Source: Acholeplasmataceae bacterium
GTDB lineage: Bacteria; Bacillota_I; Bacilli_A; Acholeplasmatales; Acholeplasmataceae
DNA: 64,000 nt
Assembly: GCA_963667565.1 (NCBI GenBank)
Contig: OY763415.1
Span: forward strand, 448,001 to 512,000
Reading direction: 5' to 3'
Under the pieces are notes generated by a model. The model did no database searches and was not told the DNA's origin. It worked only from the letters and a program-made list of their open reading frames with translations. Each line of letters begins with the position of its first letter. Within the stretch, counting starts at the first letter, position 1. The translations under genes and the position numbers were made by a program. Shown here piece by piece: positions 10,381 to 23,048 of this stretch.

Positions 10381-10407
10381 TTGGCACAATGGTTAAAAGA
10401 GTGCTAA
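10381..10407 (+). promoter_or_regulatory. CIRCE element 2 (HrcA operator)
   Basis: TTGGCACAA-N9-GAGTGCTAA directly before the hrcA RBS. Confidence 0.85.
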
Positions 10408-10420
10408 AAGAGGTGAATTG

Positions 10421-11434
10421 ATGCTCACAAGTAGACAAAAACTCATTTTAAAAGCAATCATAGAAGCATATGTTAAAGATGCACAACCTGTCGGATCTAA
10501 ATATTTAACGCAATTACCATATTTAAGTTTTTCGAGTGCAACCTTGAGATATGATATGGCAATATTAGAAGAATTGGGATATTTAGAAAAGACACATACA
10601 TCTAGTGGACGTGTTCCATCTGAAAAAGGATATCGCTATTATGTAGAACATTTAGTGACACGAGATAGTGATGTTGCAGAACAGTTTCCACTTATTGATG
10701 AAATATTTTATAAAAATAAAATGGCACGAGAACAAGCCATTGAAGAAGCAATTTCACTCTTAAGCGATTTAACCAATTATACAGCAATGGCTGTAGGTCC
10801 TAGAGGATCAAAGAACAAAATCAAGCGCATTGATTTTATCCCAGTTGGTGAAAAAGATGCAGTAGCGTTAATTGTGACTGATCAGGGGCATGTGCAACAT
10901 CAAAGTATTAGAATACCAGATAGTGCACATATAGAAGATGTCAAAGAAGTTATTAAATCGCTAGATGAATTATTAAGAGATCGAACAATTGAAGAAGCAA
11001 GTGCAATTCTAAAAAATTCATTTGCTAAAAAAGAAATTGATTCCTACATGGAATATCAAACACAAATTCTTAATTCATTTATTCATGCATTTGCTAAATT
11101 TGCAGAAGAAAACTTCTATTTATCAGGTGTAACAAATGTATTTGAACAACCTGAATTTCACAATGTAAAAAATATTAAAAGTTTTGTTGATATGCTTGAT
11201 CGAAGAGAAATTCTTAAGTTAATTGGTAACGAAGACAGTTTATCTATAAGGTTTGGGTCGGATTTGACACTTATCCCTATGGAAAATTGTACTGTGATAT
11301 CAGTCCCTTATCGAATTAGCGATCAAGAACATGGAACGATTGCAGTTGTAGGTCCTACGAGAATGGAATATAACAAAGTCATTCCACTTGTAGAATATAT
11401 TGCAAGCAATCTTGGAAAACTTTACAAAAAATAA
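10421..11434 (+). CDS. hrcA: Heat-inducible transcription repressor
   Basis: LTSRQKLIL, SSATLR, HTSSGRVPS and GPTRMEY; first gene of the dnaK operon. Confidence 0.95.
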   Translation: MLTSRQKLILKAIIEAYVKDAQPVGSKYLTQLPYLSFSSATLRYDMAILEELGYLEKTHTSSGRVPSEKGYRYYVEHLVTRDSDVAEQFPLIDEIFYKNKMAREQAIEEAISLLSDLTNYTAMAVGPRGSKNKIKRIDFIPVGEKDAVALIVTDQGHVQHQSIRIPDSAHIEDVKEVIKSLDELLRDRTIEEASAILKNSFAKKEIDSYMEYQTQILNSFIHAFAKFAEENFYLSGVTNVFEQPEFHNVKNIKSFVDMLDRREILKLIGNEDSLSIRFGSDLTLIPMENCTVISVPYRISDQEHGTIAVVGPTRMEYNKVIPLVEYIASNLGKLYKK

Positions 11435-11443
11435 AAGGATGAT

Positions 11444-13844
<2,401 letters not shown>

Positions 13845-13888
13845 TAAAATAAGGGGCTTTGCCCCTTATCAATTATGGAGTTGATAAA

Positions 13889-14992
13889 ATGGCAGATAAA
13901 AGAGATTATTATGATGTGTTAGGGGTATCTAAAACAGCAACTGATGATGAGATAAAAAAAGCGTATCGTTCACTTGCTAAAAAATATCATCCTGATATAT
14001 CAAAAGAAGATAAAGCAGAAGAAAAATTTAAAGAAGTTCAAGCTGCATACGATACATTAAGCGATCCTCAGAAGCGTGCTGCATATGATCAGTATGGTCA
14101 TGAAGGCAATCCTTTTGGTGGACAAGGCTTCGGTGGAGGTTTCCAAGATTTTGGTGGTTTTGGCGATATTTTCTCTCAATTTTTTGGTGGAGGAAGACAG
14201 CGTCAACAAAACTATAATGGACCTCAACGTGGTGATGACATTGAAAAGACGATGACTATCGACTTTTTAGAAGCTGCTTTAGGAACTAAAAAAACTGTTG
14301 AAGTCAATGTGACTGAAACATGTCATTTCTGCCATGGTACTGGAGCGGAATCATCAAAAGATGTTGAAATTTGTAGTCGTTGTCATGGTGATGGTGTGAT
14401 CAATGTTGAACAAAGAACCATGCTTGGGACAATGCGTACACAACAAGTTTGTCCTGTTTGTGGTGGTAAAGGTAAAACAGTTAAAAATGCATGTCATGTA
14501 TGCCATGGATCAGGTCAAGAAAAGAAAAACAAATCTGTTGATGTTACAATCCCTGCAGGTGTAGATACTAATATGAGTTTAAAAGTTGCTGGTTATGGAC
14601 ATGGTGGTAAAAACGGTGGACAAACTGGAGATCTTTATTTAAACTTTAGAGTAAGACCTCATAAAGTGTTCCAAAGACAAGGCGATGATGTCATCTTACA
14701 TGTACCTATTTCTGTAACACAAGCGGTTTTAGGAACTAAGATTGATATACCGACTATTTATGGTGATGTTTCACTCAAGATTCCTCAAGGTATCGAAAGT
14801 GGTACAGCGCTTAGAATGAAAGAAAAAGGTATTGCCAATATTAGATCTAAAAAACCTGGCGATCAACATGTGATTGTTGATATTGAAACACCTAAGAATT
14901 TATCAGCAAAAGAAAAAGGGTTATATGAAGAACTTGCTAAACTAGAAAATAGAGAATCTGGTTGGCAAAAGTTTAAAAACTTATTCAAATAA
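13889..14992 (+). CDS. dnaJ: Chaperone DnaJ
   Basis: J-domain HPD, G/F-rich region and four CxxCxGxG repeats. The start is the ATG after the GGAG RBS. Confidence 0.97.
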   Translation: MADKRDYYDVLGVSKTATDDEIKKAYRSLAKKYHPDISKEDKAEEKFKEVQAAYDTLSDPQKRAAYDQYGHEGNPFGGQGFGGGFQDFGGFGDIFSQFFGGGRQRQQNYNGPQRGDDIEKTMTIDFLEAALGTKKTVEVNVTETCHFCHGTGAESSKDVEICSRCHGDGVINVEQRTMLGTMRTQQVCPVCGGKGKTVKNACHVCHGSGQEKKNKSVDVTIPAGVDTNMSLKVAGYGHGGKNGGQTGDLYLNFRVRPHKVFQRQGDDVILHVPISVTQAVLGTKIDIPTIYGDVSLKIPQGIESGTALRMKEKGIANIRSKKPGDQHVIVDIETPKNLSAKEKGLYEELAKLENRESGWQKFKNLFK

Positions 14993-15104
14993 TGAAGAAA
15001 TCTCCATGTGTGAGATTTCTTTTTTTATATCTATTATGTAATCATTTAACTTTGTTAAGTATTAAAAACATGATATAATTTTTGATGAAAAGGAAGTGAT
15101 TATA

Positions 15105-16091
15105 ATGATTTTAATTAGACACCACAATGAAGGACAATTGAAACCATATTTTTATTTTGCTCTTGAAGAATATGTATTAAATGAATTACTTAAAGATGAC
15201 GAGACTTATTTTTTTACTTGGGAAATTCATGGAGTCGTTATTGGAAAAAACCAAGTCATTGAAAATGAAGTTAATTTAGATTTCTTAAAAGAAAACAGTA
15301 TTGATGTTTATAGAAGACCTACAGGTGGTGGGTGTGTTTATGCAGATCACAGAAACACCATGTTTTCAATCATCACTAAAAGAACAAATAGTCAGTTTAG
15401 TTTTAAAACATACTTATCTAAAATTATTGATGCAATGGCAGTTTTAGGAATTAAGCTTGAATTTTCTGGTAGAAATGATTTACTTTTAGATGGTAAAAAA
15501 ATATCAGGAAATGCTTTTTTACAAAATAAGCATGGCATGTTAATGCATGGGACTTTTTTATATGATTGTGATTTAGAAACCATGGTTAGAGCAATTTCTC
15601 CAAGTGATGAAAAACTTGTCTCAAAAGGGATTGATAGTGTCAAATCAAGAGTGACAAATATTAAAGAATATTTAAATGGTATGACACAAGATGAATTGAT
15701 TAAACATTTTGAAAATGTATTAACAACAACAACTTATGAACTATCTGAAGACGAAGTTAAAAAAATTGAAACTATGGCTTCAAAATATGCTACAAAACAA
15801 TGGATTTATGGTAGTCAACCACATTATACAAAATTACTTAAAAAACGTATTGGTGGTGGCCTTTTTGAAATTAGCCTAGATTTAAAACATGGTGTCATAG
15901 AAGATATACATGTTCAAGGTGATTTTTTTGATATTCAATCATTAAAGCCATTTGAAGCGCTTTTTATTGGACAAACATATGATGTTAACACGATGACTGA
16001 ATTACTTGATAAAAACGACATTTCTAGCTATATACTTGATGTTGATAGGGATGCTTTTAAAGATTTAATACTAAGTGGGACACTTTTATAA
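15105..16091 (+). CDS. lplA: Lipoate-protein ligase A
   Basis: IGKNQ, RRPTGGGCVY, GRNDL..KKISGNA and KGIDSVKSRV. Confidence 0.9.
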   Translation: MILIRHHNEGQLKPYFYFALEEYVLNELLKDDETYFFTWEIHGVVIGKNQVIENEVNLDFLKENSIDVYRRPTGGGCVYADHRNTMFSIITKRTNSQFSFKTYLSKIIDAMAVLGIKLEFSGRNDLLLDGKKISGNAFLQNKHGMLMHGTFLYDCDLETMVRAISPSDEKLVSKGIDSVKSRVTNIKEYLNGMTQDELIKHFENVLTTTTYELSEDEVKKIETMASKYATKQWIYGSQPHYTKLLKKRIGGGLFEISLDLKHGVIEDIHVQGDFFDIQSLKPFEALFIGQTYDVNTMTELLDKNDISSYILDVDRDAFKDLILSGTLL

Positions 16092-16175
16092 GTTATTTAT
16101 ACAAAAACCTGGATTTGTTTGACTAGAATTACTATAATTTGATAAAATGAAGTATGAAGTGAGAGGTGGAGAGTT

Positions 16176-17081
16176 ATGGGTAAAAAAACTAAGGATGAAT
16201 TAGAATTAGAGAATAAAGAAACACTCGCAGAAAATGGGCAAGCACTTCAAGAAGATACAACCTTAAAAACAAATCCTGAAGACATTCAAAAATCAAAGGA
16301 TCAAAAGAAAAAAATGGCAGAAGAAAAAAAGGCTGCTAAAAAACAAGCTGCTATTGATAAAGAAGCTGAAGAGATTGCAAAAGAAAATGCAATTCTAGAT
16401 GCTAAGAAAGCTAAAAAAGAAGCAAAAAAAGCAGAAAAATTAGCGAAGAAGCAAGCGAAAAAAGAAAAACACAAACGAGCAAAAAATGTATTATTAAACG
16501 ACATTGAACGTAGCAAATGGGTTAAATCTTATTTTAAAAAAAATGAAGGTTTAGCTGATCCAAGAATGAAAGAATTAATGGATAAAGATTATGCTAAAAT
16601 GTTTAAAAGAGCACATTTGATGCTTAATATTACGGAACAAGATTATGAAAAAGTATTTGTACTCCAAATGCCTGATTCATATTCAAATAAAACTAAAGTG
16701 AATTATCGATTAGATAAGATGGAACACGGTTCACAAACACTCATCTATGATCAAGCATTTTTAAATGTATTATTCTTTGGTGAAGATGTTTTATATAACT
16801 ACTATGTTAATGTTGATTTTAATAACGGTTATATGACAAACGATCACAGTATTGCAGTAAGATATTTTGATATCGTTTCAATTGAAACAAAACTTACTTA
16901 TGATCAAATGGAATCACCTAAATATTTACAATATCACGTGATTCTACACTTAACAAATCATCAACAAATTACATTAAATTTAAGAAATCAAAGATTATAT
17001 GGTGCAAATGTGATTCCAAGTTTATTAACAACACAAGAACAACGAATCGTGAAACTTTTAAGAGACAAAATGCAAAAATAA
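16176..17081 (+). CDS. Hypothetical protein with a Lys/Ala/Glu-rich N-terminal coiled coil
   Basis: Long ORF with GAGGTG RBS; no family motif recognised. Confidence 0.7.
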   Translation: MGKKTKDELELENKETLAENGQALQEDTTLKTNPEDIQKSKDQKKKMAEEKKAAKKQAAIDKEAEEIAKENAILDAKKAKKEAKKAEKLAKKQAKKEKHKRAKNVLLNDIERSKWVKSYFKKNEGLADPRMKELMDKDYAKMFKRAHLMLNITEQDYEKVFVLQMPDSYSNKTKVNYRLDKMEHGSQTLIYDQAFLNVLFFGEDVLYNYYVNVDFNNGYMTNDHSIAVRYFDIVSIETKLTYDQMESPKYLQYHVILHLTNHQQITLNLRNQRLYGANVIPSLLTTQEQRIVKLLRDKMQK

Positions 17082-17084
17082 TTT

Positions 17085-17126
17085 AAGTGATTTTGAGTCT
17101 TCAATCTAAGATTCAAAATCACTTTT
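17085..17126 (+). terminator. Long intrinsic terminator hairpin
   Basis: AAGTGATTTTGAGTCTT-loop-AAGATTCAAAATCACTT followed by T residues. Confidence 0.7.
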
Positions 17127-17180
17127 ATTCATTGACTTTTATATAGATTTTATGTATAATACATTCGTTGAGGTGAATTT

Positions 17181-17615
17181 ATGAAAATATTAGTTAATGA
17201 TTTAAAAACTAACCCCTCAATGGATTTGGTTTGTGACTTTCAAAACGAAATCAAAAACATTGATGATATCATCAATATCAATCCTGCTTCAATTCACGTA
17301 GATGCTTATTTTAATGAAGATGAATTGATTTTATCAATGACAGGACAAATCAGTATGGTACTAGCGTGTGCAAAAACGTTAAAACCCATACCTTATCAAA
17401 TAGATTTAAATGCTTCAATTGTATTTGGACAAGATGAGGATGCTGATTATGTGCTAACTGATAAGATTGATTTACATGCATTAATCTTTGGTGAAATGAT
17501 TGCAGAAAAACCAATCGCGGTTTATCATCCAGATGCTTCAGATGTTTCTTTTGAAAAAGAGAAGAGTCCACATCCTGCATTTGCTGATTTAGATAAATTA
17601 TTTAAGAAGTCGTAG
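17181..17615 (+). CDS. YceD/DUF177 family protein
   Basis: Conserved position before rpmF; C-terminal HPAFADL resembles DPRLA.L. Confidence 0.75.
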   Translation: MKILVNDLKTNPSMDLVCDFQNEIKNIDDIININPASIHVDAYFNEDELILSMTGQISMVLACAKTLKPIPYQIDLNASIVFGQDEDADYVLTDKIDLHALIFGEMIAEKPIAVYHPDASDVSFEKEKSPHPAFADLDKLFKKS

Positions 17616-17626
17616 GAGGTGAACAG

Positions 17627-17818
17627 ATGGCTGTTCCATTTCGTAGAACGGGTAAGACTGCTAAGAGAAAAAGACGTACACATTATAAATTAACTGCTCC
17701 AGCATTAGTTGTTTGCCCACAAACTGGTGAATTCACACTTCCACATAGAGTGACACCAAACAGTGGTTATTACAAAGGACAAAAAGTATTAGCTACAAAG
17801 GAATCCAAAGAGGATTAA
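17627..17818 (+). CDS. rpmF: 50S ribosomal protein L32
   Basis: [19 protein letters not shown]...PHRV...GYYKG. Confidence 0.95.
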   Translation: MAVPFRRTGKTAKRKRRTHYKLTAPALVVCPQTGEFTLPHRVTPNSGYYKGQKVLATKESKED

Positions 17819-17912
17819 GAAAAGGTGCAATCGTGCACCTTTTTCTTTGGATAAAAATTGACAAATAATCATTTATTGTATATAGTTTATATGAAGGTAT
17901 AAGGGTAAGTTT

Positions 17913-18809
17913 ATGGAACATTTTTCAGTTTTAAAAAATGAAGCTATATCACATTTAAATATTAAGGAAGATGGCATTTATGTTGATGGCACTTTAGGTG
18001 GTGCTGGACATTCAAGTGAAATCTTAAAAAAACTTAAAACAGGTTTTTTATATGCATTTGATCAAGATGATTATGCGATAGAATTTGCAAAGAAACGATT
18101 GGGTGAAAATAATCGTTATGAAATTATAAAAAGCAATTTTATGTTTTTAAAAGAAAAACTAGCTGAGAAAAATATTCATCATATTGATGGATTATTACTT
18201 GATCTAGGTTTATCATCTTTTCAAATTGATGATGAAAAAAGAGGATTTACATATTTAAAAGATACCACCTTAGATATGCGTATGAATCAGAGTCAAACAC
18301 TTACAGCTGAAGAAGTGTTAAACACATATTCAAAAGAGGCACTCGCAAAAATCTTTTTTCTTTATGGTGAAGAAAAAAACAGTTTTAAAATTGCTGATGA
18401 AATCATTAAAAACCGCCCACTAAAGACAACAATGGATTTGGTAAAGATCACAGATAGAGTCAATTATAAAGATAAAGGTCATAGTGCAAAACGTGTATTT
18501 CAAGCATTGCGTATTGAAGTCAATCATGAATTAGAAGCGCTTGAGACTGTCTTGGAAGATGTCGTTGATTTATTAAATCCTGAAGGACGCATTGTGATAA
18601 TTACTTTTCACTCGCTAGAAGATCGTATCGTTAAACATTTCTTCAAGGAACAAAGTATCCAAGAGCAACCTAAAGGATTACCAATCATGATTGATGATCA
18701 ATCAAAACTAAAGATCATAACAAAAAAACCAATCTATCCATCTGATGAAGAATTAGCACTTAACTCTAGAAGCAAGTCTGCAAAGTTAAGAGTTGCACAA
18801 AAAAAATAA
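17913..18809 (+). CDS. rsmH: 16S rRNA m4C1402 methyltransferase
   Basis: DGTLGGAGHS, DLGLSSFQ, FQALRIEVN, FHSLEDR and SAKLR. Confidence 0.95.
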   Translation: MEHFSVLKNEAISHLNIKEDGIYVDGTLGGAGHSSEILKKLKTGFLYAFDQDDYAIEFAKKRLGENNRYEIIKSNFMFLKEKLAEKNIHHIDGLLLDLGLSSFQIDDEKRGFTYLKDTTLDMRMNQSQTLTAEEVLNTYSKEALAKIFFLYGEEKNSFKIADEIIKNRPLKTTMDLVKITDRVNYKDKGHSAKRVFQALRIEVNHELEALETVLEDVVDLLNPEGRIVIITFHSLEDRIVKHFFKEQSIQEQPKGLPIMIDDQSKLKIITKKPIYPSDEELALNSRSKSAKLRVAQKK

Positions 18810-18835
18810 AAAGGTGTTATCTAACACCTTTTTTT
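18808..18835. terminator. Bidirectional terminator
   Basis: AAAAAGGTGTTA-TC-TAACACCTTTTTTT between convergent genes. Confidence 0.75.
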
Positions 18836-19256
18836 ATCGTTTCTTTTTACTTGCAGAAATAATGATTCTTACATAATCTAAGTCTAAATCCTTAAATGCT
18901 GGATGATTTGCAATATAGTCAAATATTTCAGGACTTGACACTTCTGTGATTTCATTTGTTTCTCTATTCATCACATGAATATGACTATCGGCACTATGCT
19001 TGGGGTTATCTAGTGCTAAATCATAATACTTCACATTATCAATATAGATTTCTACAACCATCTTATTTTCCAATAAAAATTCAAGATTATTATAAATGGT
19101 TGATACATTATAAAATCCACGATTAGATAACGCTTTTTGAATTTCTTTAAAAGTTAAATGTTTATCTTCAAGAATTTCAATCATCGCTTGACGTGATTTA
19201 GTAAGTCTTAATTTTTGAGAACGAATTTTTTGATAGTAACGATCTTTTAAATCCAT
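18834..19256 (-). CDS. Fur-family transcriptional regulator
   Basis: LRLTKSR..., STIYNNL winged helix and a His-containing HSADSHIH segment. Confidence 0.75.
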   Translation of the reverse strand: MDLKDRYYQKIRSQKLRLTKSRQAMIEILEDKHLTFKEIQKALSNRGFYNVSTIYNNLEFLLENKMVVEIYIDNVKYYDLALDNPKHSADSHIHVMNRETNEITEVSSPEIFDYIANHPAFKDLDLDYVRIIISASKKKR

Positions 19257-19414
19257 TTTGATTGCTCCTTTATAAAATAGATACTCACTCACTATTTTCA
19301 TTTAAATTATATCAATATTTATAATTTATTTAAAGAGAAACGCTTAATTCTACAACTTTATGGGATAACAAAGTCGTTTTTATATTATTATGATATAATA
19401 ATGATGGTGATTTT

Positions 19415-19978
19415 ATGTATTATGTATATGGTGGTTCATTCAATCCACCAACCCTTGCACATTTAAAAATAATCGAGAAAATCAAAGAACTTCCATCATG
19501 TGAAAAAGTGATTATTTTACCTGTTGGTGATGACTATAAAAAACCATATCTTGTTAAATTTGAAGATCGAAAAAAGATGTTGGAACTTGCATTAAAAGAC
19601 TTAGATGATGTTTTGATATCTACCTTGGAACAAGCATATCCATATCAAGGGACATTGCATAGCTTAAATGAACTTAAGAAGTTATATGAACCTATTTGTT
19701 TTGTGATTGGATCAGACCAATTAAGCACTTTGGATAAGTGGATTTCTTATGAAGATTTATTAAAATCATATACATTTGTTATTTTACAACGCGATCAAGA
19801 TTTAACTTTTGAACAAGTTGAACAACAGTTTAAACATGTTAAGCATCAGTTTATTTGGGTACCTTTTGCACAAGATATTTCAGCAACAAAAGCTAGATTG
19901 GATGCAAAAAATAGAGCTCAATACTTAAATCTAGATGTTATTTCATATATTGACACTAAAGGACTATACAAGGAGTAG
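19415..19978 (+). CDS. nadD: Nicotinate-nucleotide adenylyltransferase
   Basis: YGGSFNPPTLAH, IGSD and ISAT. Confidence 0.9.
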   Translation: MYYVYGGSFNPPTLAHLKIIEKIKELPSCEKVIILPVGDDYKKPYLVKFEDRKKMLELALKDLDDVLISTLEQAYPYQGTLHSLNELKKLYEPICFVIGSDQLSTLDKWISYEDLLKSYTFVILQRDQDLTFEQVEQQFKHVKHQFIWVPFAQDISATKARLDAKNRAQYLNLDVISYIDTKGLYKE

Positions 19979-19983
19979 ATGAT

Positions 19984-21846
19984 ATGTATCAACATGGATA
20001 CTTAAAAGTTGCAGCCGCAACACCAAAAATTAGCGTAGGTGATATTTTTCATAATGAAAAAGAGATAATTGATTTATTAGATCACACACAAGCAAGTATT
20101 GTTGTTTTTCCAGAACTTACCATTACTGGATATTCGGCAAGTGATTTATTTTATCAGGAATCATTTTTGAAAGATGCACAATCAGCATTGTCACATATTC
20201 TAGAAAAAACGACATATCAAGGTGTCTATATTTTAGGTATGCCTTTAGATGTGATGGGTGTATTATATAATGTTGCTGCTGTATGTCAAAATAAAAAAAT
20301 ACTCGGTATTGTACCGAAACAATATATTCCTAATGGGCATGAATTTTATGAAAAAAGATGGTTTCATTCAGGATTAGATACAGAAATTAAAGAAATACAA
20401 TTGCTCAATCAAAGAGTACCGTTTGGATATTTATTATTTGAACACAAAAAGCATGAATTAAGATTTGGTGTTGAAGTATGTCAAGATATTTGGGCAACCT
20501 ACTCACCGAGTGATGAACTTAGTTTACACGGTGCTAGTTTAATCTTTAATTTGTCAGCTTCAAGTGAATATGTCGGTAAACAAGCAAGCAGAAGACATGT
20601 TGTACTTGATCATTCAAGAAAACAAATTGCCGCATATGTATATACGACAACAGGACATTTTGAATCTTCGTCTGAAGTTGTGTTCTCCAATCATAAACTC
20701 ATTGCTTCACTTGGTGAAATGGTTGCTGAAAGTATGCCATTTGATATTGAAGAAACGATGTTGGTTGCTGATCTAGATATGACTGCTATCGCATATCAAA
20801 AACGTCAAGATAGTACATATAGAGATCAACACATGAAAATTTTTCACGAATTTCAAATCGTTGAATTTAACCTTATAGAGACAAATGCATTTAAATTTGA
20901 GAAACCTTTAAACCCATTACCTTTTATTAATTTAAATCATCAAGAAGAAGATTTGAAAGTTGCAAACCATTTACAAATCTATGGTTTAGTGAAAAAGTTA
21001 GAATCACTTCCTAAATCTGCAAATAAAATCATTGTAGGTATATCAGGAGGACTAGATTCTGCATTAGCACTTATTGTTTCACATCAAGCGATGAAGATAT
21101 TAAATAGAGATCCTAAAGATATCATTGCTGTCACTATGCCTGCTCAAGCAACATCTAAAAATTCTAAATCATTTGCACTTGATCTCATGGAAAAACTTGG
21201 TGTAACATGCTTAGAAATACCAATTAAAGAAGAAGTTACCAACCATTTGAAAGCAATCAATCATGAAGCGTTAGATGTGACATATGAAAATGCACAAGCA
21301 CGTATGAGAACATTAGTCCTGATGGATTTAGCGAATAAATATGGTGGTTTTGTACTCGGCACTGGTGATTTATCCGAGATTGCTTTAGGATGGATGACAT
21401 ATAATGGCGATCAAATGAGTATGTATGCAGTTAATGCTGGACTTCCAAAAACATGGGTTCAACACTTGATTAAATTCCATGCTGAACATGAATATGCTGA
21501 TGTTAGAGATACGCTTTTGGGTATTTTAAATGCTCCAATTACACCAGAATTATTAGACAATCAAGAAACAGAATTATCCATAGGTAAGTATGAAATTAAC
21601 GATTTTATTTTATATCATCATTTACAACAAGGTGCAGATGAGGATAAAATAAGATGGTTGCTACCTTATGCATTTGATTTAACAAATGACGAAGTATTAG
21701 TGTATGTTAAACGTTTTTATCAACGTTTTTATACACAACAATTTAAGAGACAAACATTACCAGAAGGACCAAAAATTTTAGGCGTTTCTTTATCACCTAG
21801 AGGTGAGTACAGAATGCCAAGCGATATACGGAAAGTGATTAAATGA
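19984..21846 (+). CDS. nadE: Glutamine-dependent NAD+ synthetase
   Basis: N-terminal nitrilase domain (FPEL, PK, EVC) plus SGGLDS and ENAQARMR. Confidence 0.93.
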   Translation: MYQHGYLKVAAATPKISVGDIFHNEKEIIDLLDHTQASIVVFPELTITGYSASDLFYQESFLKDAQSALSHILEKTTYQGVYILGMPLDVMGVLYNVAAVCQNKKILGIVPKQYIPNGHEFYEKRWFHSGLDTEIKEIQLLNQRVPFGYLLFEHKKHELRFGVEVCQDIWATYSPSDELSLHGASLIFNLSASSEYVGKQASRRHVVLDHSRKQIAAYVYTTTGHFESSSEVVFSNHKLIASLGEMVAESMPFDIEETMLVADLDMTAIAYQKRQDSTYRDQHMKIFHEFQIVEFNLIETNAFKFEKPLNPLPFINLNHQEEDLKVANHLQIYGLVKKLESLPKSANKIIVGISGGLDSALALIVSHQAMKILNRDPKDIIAVTMPAQATSKNSKSFALDLMEKLGVTCLEIPIKEEVTNHLKAINHEALDVTYENAQARMRTLVLMDLANKYGGFVLGTGDLSEIALGWMTYNGDQMSMYAVNAGLPKTWVQHLIKFHAEHEYADVRDTLLGILNAPITPELLDNQETELSIGKYEINDFILYHHLQQGADEDKIRWLLPYAFDLTNDEVLVYVKRFYQRFYTQQFKRQTLPEGPKILGVSLSPRGEYRMPSDIRKVIK

Positions 21847-22976
21847 AAAAGAAAGAAAAAGTTATTATTGGATTAAGTGGCGGTGTTGATTCAAGCGTTG
21901 CTGCTTATCTTTTAATTCAAGAAGGTTATGATGTAGAAGCTGTTTTTATGCGTAATTGGGATAGTGCAACCAATCTTGATTTTAAAGGTAATCCAACAGC
22001 ATTTGATGAAGTGTGTGAACAAGAAAAAGATTATCAAGATGCTGTCAAAGTAGCAGAGAAATTAGGAATCAAATTACATAGAGTCGATTTCATTGAAGAT
22101 TATTGGAATCGTGTTTTTACTTATTTTTTAGAAGAATATAAAAAAAATAGAACACCCAATCCAGATGTTTTATGTAATAACGAAATTAAATTTAAAGCAT
22201 TTGTTGATTATGTCAAACGATTTGATGCTGACTATATTGCTATGGGACACTATGCACAAGTCGATTTATCAGGAAGTGAACCAAAACTCTTAAGAGCAAA
22301 AGATCAAAATAAAGATCAAACCTATTTTTTATCACAATTAAGATCAGATCAATTAAAAAATGTCATATTTCCGATTGGTCATTTAGATAAAAAAGAAGTC
22401 AGAGAAATTGCTAAAAGAGAAGGACTTGCCACAGCATTAAAGAAAGATTCTACAGGCATCTGTTTTATTGGGGAACGTCATTTCAATGAATTCTTAAGTA
22501 ATTATTTACCTGCTCAACCAGGTGATATGAGAACTTTAGAAGGTGTTTATGTCAAAAAACACTCAGGATTGATGAACTACACGATAGGACAAAGAAAGGG
22601 TTTAGGTATTGGTGGCACTAAAGATACTACAGAACCATGGTTCGTTGTAGGAAAAGACTTAAAGACAAATACACTTTTTGTTGAACCAAATGGAAATCAT
22701 CAAAATCTATATAGTGATCAAGCAATCATCACTGAAGTGACTTGGAGAGGACCTAAAATAGATGGTAAAATGACTGCTAAATTTAGATATCGTCAACCGG
22801 ATCAAGATGTATTCGTTAAATGGTTAAATGAAGATACCATTGAAGTCTTATATCCACAAGGTATTAAAGCAGTAACACCAGGTCAAGTATGTGCATTTTA
22901 TCAAAATGAAGTATGTTTAGGTGCAGGATTTATTGATCAAGTCTTTATGGATAAAAAATTAAGACAATATAGTTAA
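21843..22976 (+). CDS. mnmA: tRNA-specific 2-thiouridylase
   Basis: SGGVDS, TPNPDVLCN, KDQTYFL, DSTGICF and TPGQ. Confidence 0.97.
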   Translation: MKKKEKVIIGLSGGVDSSVAAYLLIQEGYDVEAVFMRNWDSATNLDFKGNPTAFDEVCEQEKDYQDAVKVAEKLGIKLHRVDFIEDYWNRVFTYFLEEYKKNRTPNPDVLCNNEIKFKAFVDYVKRFDADYIAMGHYAQVDLSGSEPKLLRAKDQNKDQTYFLSQLRSDQLKNVIFPIGHLDKKEVREIAKREGLATALKKDSTGICFIGERHFNEFLSNYLPAQPGDMRTLEGVYVKKHSGLMNYTIGQRKGLGIGGTKDTTEPWFVVGKDLKTNTLFVEPNGNHQNLYSDQAIITEVTWRGPKIDGKMTAKFRYRQPDQDVFVKWLNEDTIEVLYPQGIKAVTPGQVCAFYQNEVCLGAGFIDQVFMDKKLRQYS

Positions 22977-23048
22977 AAGGAACTATGTTCCTTTTTTTAA
23001 TGTCTATTTAGTGCTATAATATGAGTATTATGAAATAAGGAGATAACC

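Noticed and set aside
19415..19978. NadD with TxAH instead of HxGH as a possibly inactive enzyme
   Set aside because: (T/H)xxH is a known variant of this nucleotidyltransferase motif, and the gene sits next to nadE.
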